This document shows positions 57,485-64,000 of a stretch of DNA of 64,000 nucleotides, piece by piece (the first letter of the stretch is position 1; every line of letters begins with the position of its first letter). The position numbers and the translations under genes were made by a program. The notes under the pieces were generated by a model, which saw only the letters and a list, made by a program, of their open reading frames with translations, was not told the origin of the DNA and did no database searches. Origin of the DNA: a virus (Duplodnaviria; Caudoviricetes); the IMG/VR virus record IMGVR_UViG_3300049472_000073, positions 1 to 64,000 of that record; one strand, 5' to 3'.

Positions 57485-57974
57485 CGGTTACTAAAACAAG
57501 GTCAGCGACTTTCCAGGGCTGCCAAGAGTCTGCTCGTTTTTTAAGCTTTGGATTAGCTTCTACTTGTTCTTCTGTTGGTTTCTTACTTAAAGTAATAAAC
57601 TGTCCTTTTTTCAAAGAAACATCAATATCAATTTTAATATAAGAACCAGACCCGTCTTTCTTTTTAGCTACCATACCGATTGTTGTGAATTTTGCCATTT
57701 TGTTGTTCTCCTTCTTTTCTTTCGATTTAATACTACCTGTCTCTAATAGTTCTGTCAACTCCTGATCAAAACTATATTTTAACTTTATTTTTCTTTTGTG
57801 CATTAGCATTACTTTACCTTGACGAGTCTTGATAGGCAAGTAGTTCTGCATAGACCTAAGATTTATATAATCAGATGGAGTCTCTACACACGTACCTACA
57901 AACCACTTATCGTACTTAGGGATATAATACTCAACTAGATCACCAGGGTTAATCTGAATCGTTATCTGCTCCAT
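57477..57974 (-). CDS. in-frame fusion of SH3-like FDxxLxxLL protein and a 73-aa protein (internal start 57698)
   Basis: INPGDLV start, internal FDQELTELL, internal AAGGAG SD before ATG at 57698. Confidence 0.7.
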   Translation of the reverse strand: MEQITIQINPGDLVEYYIPKYDKWFVGTCVETPSDYINLRSMQNYLPIKTRQGKVMLMHKRKIKLKYSFDQELTELLETGSIKSKEKKENNKMAKFTTIGMVAKKKDGSGSYIKIDIDVSLKKGQFITLSKKPTEEQVEANPKLKKRADSWQPWKVADLVLVTDE

Positions 57975-58107
57975 TGATTAATTCCTCTAGTTCTTTGTCG
58001 AAGTCTACCATAGCTTGTTCTATTTTCATAGGTCTATATATCATAGCTTCATAAAGATTTTTCCATTCAGCTTTTATTCTTGTAAGATCGTCTTTATCAT
58101 CACTCAT
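57949..58107 (-). CDS. micro-ORF (52 aa), FDxxLxxLL family
   Basis: MSDDKDDL...AMVDFDKELEELINGADNDSD. Confidence 0.7.
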   Translation of the reverse strand: MSDDKDDLTRIKAEWKNLYEAMIYRPMKIEQAMVDFDKELEELINGADNDSD

Positions 58108-58201
58108 TGAGTAGGTCCTCTAAATCCTTATCAAAGTCTTCTAAAGCTTTTTTAGTTTTGAGTATTTCTTTCCAGTTTGGTCCGTATAACATCTGGTTCA
58201 T
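58100..58201 (-). CDS. micro-ORF (33 aa), FDxxLxxLL family
   Basis: MNQMLYGPNWKEILKTKKALEDFDKDLEDLLNE. Confidence 0.65.
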   Translation of the reverse strand: MNQMLYGPNWKEILKTKKALEDFDKDLEDLLNE

Positions 58202-58307
58202 ATGCTACTTTATACTCGTTGTACTGTCGGATAAATTCTTGTTGTTTTAATTTTGTCTGTTCTTCTTGAGCATAAGCAACAGACCTATCTTTTTTTGACT
58301 TGCTCAT
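58152..58307 (-). CDS. hypothetical small protein (51 aa)
   Basis: MSKSKKDRSVAYAQEEQ...; overlaps both neighbours. Confidence 0.4.
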   Translation of the reverse strand: MSKSKKDRSVAYAQEEQTKLKQQEFIRQYNEYKVAYEPDVIRTKLERNTQN

Positions 58308-58569
58308 ACACACCTTTTATCCACTCAGGTAACTGAATTGGTTTCTTGTATTTCTTCTCTAACACTTCTGCTAGAGTCATTTCTTTTAGTTGGTTAACAC
58401 CAGTCTTTAACATCTCAACATACTGGGTGTTTATAAAGAACGGTCTCATAGCCGCTACATTGTACATACGCACAGTAGCAGCTACCTTATCACCTAGGTC
58501 TCTAGGCTCACTGATTATCTCCATAGCTAGGTCAGTACCTACCTTGTAGTATTTTCCCTTTTCTATCAT
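58285..58569 (-). CDS. hypothetical protein
   Basis: 94 aa, AGGAG SD. Confidence 0.65.
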   Translation of the reverse strand: MIEKGKYYKVGTDLAMEIISEPRDLGDKVAATVRMYNVAAMRPFFINTQYVEMLKTGVNQLKEMTLAEVLEKKYKKPIQLPEWIKGVYEQVKKR

Positions 58570-58658
58570 ATAATCTCCTGTTAAATTGGGTGCCCCTGTT
58601 TTACTAATGTAGTAGGGGCCACACTACGAATACTCTTAGAGAAGAGATCCAATCAAAA

Positions 58659-59087
58659 CTAAGAGTTATTTTCTGATTCGCTGGACTCAGTAACTTCACT
58701 GGATGCTTGAGCAGCTTGTTCTAAGCCCTGTTGCATATTCTGACCTTGTGCTTCCATTTTAGCAAGCATTTTATTAATATACATAAACTTAATGTCTGTT
58801 CCACCTGTGAACGCATCAAAAGCCATCTGCTCTACACCGTTTTGGAACTTAGGTGCTTTTTCAAAAGGGTGACGCATAGCAGCTCTAAGCACTCTTCCAA
58901 GTGAACGTGACGATAACTGTGTAGATACTTTGACTACCACGTCTTTTAATTGCTCATAGCGCAAAATAAGAGCTTCTTCTTCAGATACCTGAATCTCTTC
59001 ATTCTTTACAGCTTCTTGTGTCTCAGCATCTTGTACCAACTCTTGTCCTAATTTCTCTACTTGTTCTTGTGATAAAATTTCGCTCAT
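58659..59087 (-). CDS. hypothetical protein
   Basis: 142 aa, AAGGAG SD. Confidence 0.7.
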   Translation of the reverse strand: MSEILSQEQVEKLGQELVQDAETQEAVKNEEIQVSEEEALILRYEQLKDVVVKVSTQLSSRSLGRVLRAAMRHPFEKAPKFQNGVEQMAFDAFTGGTDIKFMYINKMLAKMEAQGQNMQQGLEQAAQASSEVTESSESENNS

Positions 59088-59096
59088 ATTTACTCC

Positions 59097-59675
59097 TTAA
59101 ATAAAATCTTCTGTTTGTGTTGATGCTGGTTTAGGTGCTGAAGTAGCAGGACGTTTAAATCCTGTGCTAGCTGGTTTACTGACTTCTTTAGCTTTTTCTG
59201 CTACAGGCTCTGATGGCTTAGAAGCTACTGGAGCTGGTTTAGAATACTCTTTACGCTTCATAGGAGCATCATCAGTCTCTGGATCATCATCAGTCTCTGG
59301 ATCATCACCAGAGGACATGAGGAATGTCTTCATTAAGAAATACTTATAAGCACCTGTAATAGCCTTATAAACACCTTTATCACCTTTATCTTTACCTTGG
59401 CCTACTGAGTTAATGGTGACTGCTTCTCCAGTGTCACCGTCAGTAATAGTATATGCTACGGTTACTGTGGTTAACTCACCTTCATGGGAGCTATTGATAA
59501 CGCTACTGAAAATAAATACGTTATGTGCTGCTAGTTTCTCACGTACAGCGTCCATAATATCTGACTCAGTTACGTAGTCATAGTTTTGGAATTCATTACG
59601 ACCGTTCTTTTGAACTCGGCCTAAATCCTTCATAATTGATACAAGTTTAATTGTTAGTCCTTTTGGTATACTCAT
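59097..59675 (-). CDS. ERF-family ssDNA annealing protein
   Basis: KNGRNEFQNYDYV, GQGKDKGDKGVYKAITGAYKYFL...GDDPE. Confidence 0.82.
   Translation of the reverse strand: MSIPKGLTIKLVSIMKDLGRVQKNGRNEFQNYDYVTESDIMDAVREKLAAHNVFIFSSVINSSHEGELTTVTVAYTITDGDTGEAVTINSVGQGKDKGDKGVYKAITGAYKYFLMKTFLMSSGDDPETDDDPETDDAPMKRKEYSKPAPVASKPSEPVAEKAKEVSKPASTGFKRPATSAPKPASTQTEDFI
59267..59307. repeat. 18-bp tandem repeat (DDPETD) in ERF gene
   Basis: CATCATCAGTCTCTGGAT x2 plus partial copy. Confidence 0.85.
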
Positions 59676-59684
59676 AGTTCCTCC

Positions 59685-59897
59685 TTAGTTAATACGAATG
59701 ATATTCTGTCTTACAAGTTCTAGGTTTAATTTAGCTCTAGCTTCTACTAGTGATTTAGTTTCTAATAATACAGTGCGTTTTGCAACATAATTCTTAGAAT
59801 TTACCATAATTAATGTTACTAGAAATGTGCCATCCTCTTCTACAATACCGATGAATGGTTCATTCTTTAAAATAATGTCTGTCTTTGGTTGTTTCAT
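59685..59897 (-). CDS. hypothetical protein
   Basis: 70 aa, AGGAGGG SD. Confidence 0.65.
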   Translation of the reverse strand: MKQPKTDIILKNEPFIGIVEEDGTFLVTLIMVNSKNYVAKRTVLLETKSLVEARAKLNLELVRQNIIRIN

Positions 59898-59945
59898 ATC
59901 CCCTCCTGTAAGTAAGCTATCAGTTTATAGATTTTATGTAAAGAA

Positions 59946-60197
59946 CTATTTTAATAATTCTTCTAGTTCCTGATCAAATTGCTGTAATGCCTCATATCCT
60001 GGTAGATAGGTACATCTTTCCTCTAAAAACATGATATGCCATGTATCTTCCATTCCCAGGTCATATCTTCTAGTTCCGTTTATATATTTTCCCGTAAAAG
60101 CCATTTTGTTATCGTCTATTTTTTCTATTTTAAATAAAGGAGACTCTCTATAGATTTCTGGTAATTGATATACATCCCCTACTTTAGGGTATCTCAT
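59946..60197 (-). CDS. small protein, FDxxLxxLL family
   Basis: PKVGDVY start; ends ALQQFDQELEELLK. Confidence 0.78.
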   Translation of the reverse strand: MRYPKVGDVYQLPEIYRESPLFKIEKIDDNKMAFTGKYINGTRRYDLGMEDTWHIMFLEERCTYLPGYEALQQFDQELEELLK

Positions 60198-60466
60198 TTT
60201 AGCAGTTCCTCTAATTCTTGATCAAATTGCTGTAAAGCTTTATATGATTTATTGATTATAAAATTAAGGTGTCTACCTCTAGTTAACCCAAGAAGCCACC
60301 AATCTTCGTCCTCAAACTCTGGCCTATCCACTAGATAGCGTACAAATACCTTTTTGTTTCCATTTTTATCTTCTACTGGATCTATATCCAATACTTCCAT
60401 TAACCCTTTATACGGAATATCAACTATGCTAATTATATCTCCTATTTTTGGCCATTCAATACTCAT
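60194..60466 (-). CDS. small protein, FDxxLxxLL family
   Basis: PKIGDII start; ends ALQQFDQELEELLK. Confidence 0.78.
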   Translation of the reverse strand: MSIEWPKIGDIISIVDIPYKGLMEVLDIDPVEDKNGNKKVFVRYLVDRPEFEDEDWWLLGLTRGRHLNFIINKSYKALQQFDQELEELLK

Positions 60467-60717
60467 TTCAACAATTCCTCTAATTGCTGATCAAAAATGG
60501 CTTCTGCTTTATTAACAGGGTCTAGATAATAGTTCTCCATAAGGTCTACGTATCCCTCTTCGGCAGGTATACTAAGGTCCCCAAAATGTAGCTCTCCTAT
60601 GTATGTTAAAAAAGAATCAATATGCCGTTTTTGGTAGATTGCTGTAATTATAAAATAGTTATTTGCGTGTCCATGTCTTCTATCTATATATTTATATCCA
60701 ATTTTAGGCTTAATCAT
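60463..60717 (-). CDS. small protein, FDxxLxxLL family
   Basis: PKIGYKY start; ends AEAIFDQQLEELLK. Confidence 0.78.
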   Translation of the reverse strand: MIKPKIGYKYIDRRHGHANNYFIITAIYQKRHIDSFLTYIGELHFGDLSIPAEEGYVDLMENYYLDPVNKAEAIFDQQLEELLK

Positions 60718-60841
60718 TTACAAGCTCCTGTAGCTCATCATCAAACTGCTTTAAAGCTTTTTCTACAATTAACATCTCAGCTTCCATTTTGGCAAGCATT
60801 TTATCTCTTTCAAGTAGGGCTTGTTTTATTGCTTCGTACAT
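60710..60841 (-). CDS. micro-ORF (43 aa), FDxxLxxLL family
   Basis: MYEAIKQALL...ALKQFDDELQELVND. Confidence 0.7.
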   Translation of the reverse strand: MYEAIKQALLERDKMLAKMEAEMLIVEKALKQFDDELQELVND

Positions 60842-61278
60842 TATTTAAGTAGCTCCTCTAAGTCCTTATCAAATTCTTTCATTACCTTAAGACCACCTAG
60901 TACCTTAGCCTCTTTTTCACTAATGTCTTCTTTACGAACATAAAGCATATTAGGCTCCATCCATTTAAAATTATATGGAACTGGGGTGTCAAACATCATA
61001 AACGGTAGATGTTTTTTTATATACTTAGTACTCATAAGAGGGTTCTGCTTACGTATATACCTATATACCAGTTTTTCAAATTGCTTGTCAGTATCTTCTC
61101 TCCAAACACAGTGATTAAATACTGCATCAGCTACTTCATATCCAAGAGTCCTAACTAGATAATTAGTTAATTTGCTAATAGGGTCCTCTTTACTTCTATG
61201 ATTACCTCTAAACCTATATACAGAAGGTAGAGGTATAGCATAGGTGGTCTCAGGGCTGAGTCTTCTACTTTGAGTCAC
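60841..61278 (-). CDS. protein with FDxxLxxLL tail
   Basis: GTG start; ends VMKEFDKDLEELLK. Confidence 0.75.
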   Translation of the reverse strand: MTQSRRLSPETTYAIPLPSVYRFRGNHRSKEDPISKLTNYLVRTLGYEVADAVFNHCVWREDTDKQFEKLVYRYIRKQNPLMSTKYIKKHLPFMMFDTPVPYNFKWMEPNMLYVRKEDISEKEAKVLGGLKVMKEFDKDLEELLK

Positions 61279-61513
61279 TTAGTAGTTCCTCTAGTTCTTT
61301 ATCGAACTGTTGCTGTGCAGCATATACATAGTCTAACTGAAAGTGCCTTGCTTTAAAATGATACCCATGCTGATCTTTGGCCCAGTTTGTGTCAGGACCT
61401 TCTAGCTCATCTATAATTATAGTCTCTAAGCTAGGATTTACATGAACTACTGTACCTCTAAGGTCTGTTTCTTTATCCCAAACTCTATCTCCTACTTTAA
61501 ATCTAGACTTCAT
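61265..61513 (-). CDS. SH3-like small protein, FDxxLxxLL family
   Basis: RFKVGDRV start; ends AQQQFDKELEELLSDSK. Confidence 0.78.
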   Translation of the reverse strand: MKSRFKVGDRVWDKETDLRGTVVHVNPSLETIIIDELEGPDTNWAKDQHGYHFKARHFQLDYVYAAQQQFDKELEELLSDSK

Positions 61514-61727
61514 TTAATAGTTTCTCCAAATCCTCGTCAAATTGCTTTATAGCCAAGTATTCTGGGCAAGGTTTAAACCCATGTACAAAATCACTTAGAT
61601 GATACCTAATGCCATCAATAGCTCCAACAAAACAAACGTATACATATTGAGATTCATAATTAGCCACAACGCATACGATATCTGATCTTCCTCTAGCTCT
61701 GTAATACTGACCTTTTTTAATTTCCAT
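61503..61727 (-). CDS. small protein, FDxxLxxLL family
   Basis: Ends AIKQFDEDLEKLLNEV; paralog of 63058. Confidence 0.78.
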   Translation of the reverse strand: MEIKKGQYYRARGRSDIVCVVANYESQYVYVCFVGAIDGIRYHLSDFVHGFKPCPEYLAIKQFDEDLEKLLNEV

Positions 61728-61983
61728 TGATTAGTTCCTCTAGGTCTTTATCAAACTGTCTTTTGGCTAGTATAACACTTATTGGCTCTTTAGTCACTAC
61801 ATGTTCTAGTGCTACTGAAGCATCATTATCAATACTTGCTAAAGTTCCTACTAAAAATGGCTGTATTCTGTATACAGGGTGCTCTGCTCCCCCAAACCAA
61901 TAAGTCAATTTCTCAAAATCAGAATTAGAATGCGCTTCATATTGACCAAGCCACCCTAATGCCTCAACAGCATAAACTCTCAT
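61717..61983 (-). CDS. small protein, FDxxLxxLL family
   Basis: Ends AKRQFDKDLEELINGN. Confidence 0.75.
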   Translation of the reverse strand: MRVYAVEALGWLGQYEAHSNSDFEKLTYWFGGAEHPVYRIQPFLVGTLASIDNDASVALEHVVTKEPISVILAKRQFDKDLEELINGN

Positions 61984-63065
61984 ACCTTCTCCAGGTCATC
62001 TGTCTTGCCTTTATGACAGTAATTAAAATACGGACACTTGCCCCCGTAATAATCGGTACATGAGCTGGGGTTCTTAAAGAACACTTCCTTCTTAATCATC
62101 TCATTAACCACGTTAAAGTTGTCAAGTACCATCTCTTCTACTTTGGGATTGATGTCATCTAGTATGATGTTAATCTCAGCTTCTAAATTAGTCTTTTCAT
62201 TCCACTCACCATGACAGCGTTTACCGTTCACATTAGCATCACAGGTCTTAGCTCTGGAGTACTCACTGTTATCGCATTTAGAGCACACCTTAGTCTTATT
62301 ACGCTTTAAGTTCTTTAAGTATACAATAAACCCAGCTTTAGGTAGCTGCTCATGGAGAGCATACAAAGATAACTGTGAACTAGTACGTACACAGTCTTCT
62401 TCATAATAGCTCATAGAGCTAGTAGATTTATTATCTAGGACATAGGTGTTACCGTCATCCATTTCAGCTATCAAGTCAATGACTCCTGTTACAGCGTCAC
62501 CTTGATCATTTAAAAGCTCTATAGTCTTCTGTACAGCTATTACCTTCTTAATCCTAGGCATGACCTTATCTTCATAAGCTTTTAGAATGTAGCCAGCTTT
62601 ACGACGCAATGATAGCCAATTACAGTAGTTAAGATACTTAAACTCAGACTCTTTGAACTGCCTAAATGCAGCTTGTTTCTTATATACAGCTACTTGCTCA
62701 TAGGCTTCTAATGGGTCAGTACCCTCTATGCCTAACTCTTCCATAGCTTGTTTCATTTTAAATAGGTCAGACTCTTCTAATACTTCTGAGTCATAGTCTC
62801 TAGCAGCGTATACAATCTGTGTTGACAGAGGTAGAGAAATCTTTTTACCGTTTATAAAGCCATTCTCCCATTCCTTTTCAAATACTTCTAATGGGTCTTT
62901 ACCGTCTCTAAGTAATAGAGAGTTTAATGCAGTATCAATAGCAGATCCCCACAGTAGTGCTGCGGAGGTAGTATTAGGACGTAGACGTTCCTTGTAATGT
63001 AGGTAATGACTATACCCACACTTTAAATAGCGATTTAATTGCGAGTATGAAAGTTTATTACTCAT
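61980..63065 (-). CDS. PD-(D/E)XK nuclease (RecB/Cas4-like exonuclease)
   Basis: LSYSQL...C, GVIDLI, VLDNKS, QLSLY, C-terminal C..C..C cluster. Confidence 0.85.
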   Translation of the reverse strand: MSNKLSYSQLNRYLKCGYSHYLHYKERLRPNTTSAALLWGSAIDTALNSLLLRDGKDPLEVFEKEWENGFINGKKISLPLSTQIVYAARDYDSEVLEESDLFKMKQAMEELGIEGTDPLEAYEQVAVYKKQAAFRQFKESEFKYLNYCNWLSLRRKAGYILKAYEDKVMPRIKKVIAVQKTIELLNDQGDAVTGVIDLIAEMDDGNTYVLDNKSTSSMSYYEEDCVRTSSQLSLYALHEQLPKAGFIVYLKNLKRNKTKVCSKCDNSEYSRAKTCDANVNGKRCHGEWNEKTNLEAEINIILDDINPKVEEMVLDNFNVVNEMIKKEVFFKNPSSCTDYYGGKCPYFNYCHKGKTDDLEKV

Positions 63066-63294
63066 TTAATAGTTTCTCCAAATCTTCATCGAATTGCTTT
63101 GTGGCCATAAATTCTGGACAATAATCAAACATAGCTTCAAAGTCGGTTCTGTAATACGTAATACGTTCTTCTATTTTATAAGAAGGCATAGCAATAAAAT
63201 CAAAACGTACATAAGTGTAGTCAACGCTGGCTATTACTCCCACAATATCTGATCTTCCTTTAGCTTTATAATAATCTCCTACGCTAATTTCCAT
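63058..63294 (-). CDS. small protein, FDxxLxxLL family
   Basis: Ends ATKQFDEDLEKLLNE; paralog of 61503. Confidence 0.78.
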   Translation of the reverse strand: MEISVGDYYKAKGRSDIVGVIASVDYTYVRFDFIAMPSYKIEERITYYRTDFEAMFDYCPEFMATKQFDEDLEKLLNE

Positions 63295-63532
63295 TTAATA
63301 GCTCCTCTAGTTCTTTATCGAACTGCTGTATAGCCACATAAGAATGGGCCAGATTATCATCATCACACCACTCAAACGGAAACATAACTTGCTCTCCTTC
63401 ATCCCATGTCCCATAAGGATCATTTCTCATAGTAATAAAATAGGAGCTATTTTCTCTATTCACTTTATTGATCTTATATACTACTCCGTGACAGTCTTCT
63501 ACTATATCCCCTACCTTAAACTTTGGCTTCAT
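63284..63532 (-). CDS. SH3-like small protein, FDxxLxxLL family
   Basis: PKFKVGDIV start; ends AIQQFDKELEELLNGN. Confidence 0.78.
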   Translation of the reverse strand: MKPKFKVGDIVEDCHGVVYKINKVNRENSSYFITMRNDPYGTWDEGEQVMFPFEWCDDDNLAHSYVAIQQFDKELEELLNGN

Positions 63533-63536
63533 ATAA

Positions 63537-63764
63537 CTATTCTCCCAGAAGTTCTGCTAATTGTCTATCAAATTCTTCTACTACAGGATCTCTAGTGCAG
63601 GTAAAGTGCTTTAAGATGGTATCTGCCCAGTACGAAGTGGGTACTCCACTTTTTGTCCTAACCTTCCAGGCTTCATGCTCTAGGGTATCTATGCGGCTAA
63701 CTATGGTCAGTCTGTCGTCTTCAAAAGCTTCCCATACCTGACCTACTCTAATACCGCTACTCAT
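63537..63764 (-). CDS. small protein, FDxxLxxLL family
   Basis: IRVGQVW start; ends VVEEFDRQLAELLGE. Confidence 0.75.
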   Translation of the reverse strand: MSSGIRVGQVWEAFEDDRLTIVSRIDTLEHEAWKVRTKSGVPTSYWADTILKHFTCTRDPVVEEFDRQLAELLGE

Positions 63765-64000
63765 CTAAAAGCTCCTTTAGTTCTCTATCAAAGCCAGACT
63801 CGGCTATTTTCCTGATTAGTAAAGGAGTAAGACCATAAAAAATCCTATGTATATCCAATGTAAAACAGAATCTTTTATCGTCTAAAGAACCTACATATTT
63901 ATAGCCATTTGGTACTTCTATAATAGTATATTCGCATAACTGGTAGTTATCTACGAAACTATGCTTAGTTACTGGAGAAAAGCTGGCATTAATAGTGGTA
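63757..64000 (-). CDS. 5'-truncated ORF, FDxxLxxLL family
   Basis: Open to window edge; ends IAESGFDRELKELLDE. Confidence 0.7.
   Translation of the reverse strand, partial: TTINASFSPVTKHSFVDNYQLCEYTIIEVPNGYKYVGSLDDKRFCFTLDIHRIFYGLTPLLIRKIAESGFDRELKELLDE

Noticed and set aside
58588-58620. GCCCCT/AGGGGC hairpin as a minus-strand terminator
   Set aside because: The stem is interrupted and the U-tract is weak; not reported as a feature.
59267-59307. 18-bp tandem repeat as a phase-variation switch
   Set aside because: In frame and only about 2.3 copies; it just extends the ERF DDPE linker.
61980-63065. Cas4 as part of a CRISPR system
   Set aside because: No cas1/cas2 or array; solo PD-(D/E)XK nucleases are common phage recombination exonucleases.
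40494-63741. Plus-strand ORFs over the minus arm (e.g. 44504-44890, 54406-54774, 55675-56184)
   Set aside because: Antisense to well-supported genes, with no independent evidence.
42960-63790. Tail repeats as a CRISPR array, integron attC sites or a DGR
   Set aside because: The repeats are degenerate, coding and irregularly spaced; no palindromic attC structure, integrase, reverse transcriptase or TR/VR pair with A-specific differences is visible.
1-64000. tRNA/rRNA genes, integrase, repressor, or stop-codon reassignment
   Set aside because: None recognised by eye; long genes read through under the standard code and TAG is used as a normal stop (e.g. 21206, 25881).

Overview
This is a 64-kb segment of an AT-rich dsDNA tailed phage with podovirus-type architecture. 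The + strand (1-38,275) is the morphogenesis arm: terminase large subunit, P22/T7-like portal, scaffold, major capsid protein, many modular accessory virion proteins and fibres, adaptor, nozzle, four ejection proteins and an M15 endolysin. No tail tube or tape measure gene is visible. The - strand (38,272-64,000) is the replication/accessory arm: family-A DNA polymerase, primase-helicase, RecA-like and ERF recombinases, PD-(D/E)XK nuclease, RuvC-like resolvase, dNMP kinase, ClpP-like and subtilisin proteases, metallophosphoesterase and three free-standing homing endonucleases. The main observations are four. (1) At least 21 small minus-strand ORFs, many with KFKVGD-type SH3/Tudor-like starts, have otherwise divergent bodies but all carry the same acidic amphipathic helix, A-x-x-x-F-D-x-[DEQ]-L-x-x-L-L, at or near the C-terminus; its codons usually also supply the Shine-Dalgarno for the next gene. 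(2) A 10-mer, TAACAAATAT, occurs 9 times upstream of structural genes (candidate late promoter), interleaved with sigma70-driven inserted islands. (3) There is an aminotransferase resembling the plant alliinase/TAA1 family. (4) There is an Sm/LSm-like protein, a lipoprotein subtilase and a membrane-anchored ClpP-like protein. All assignments come from reading motifs by eye; no database searches were run.
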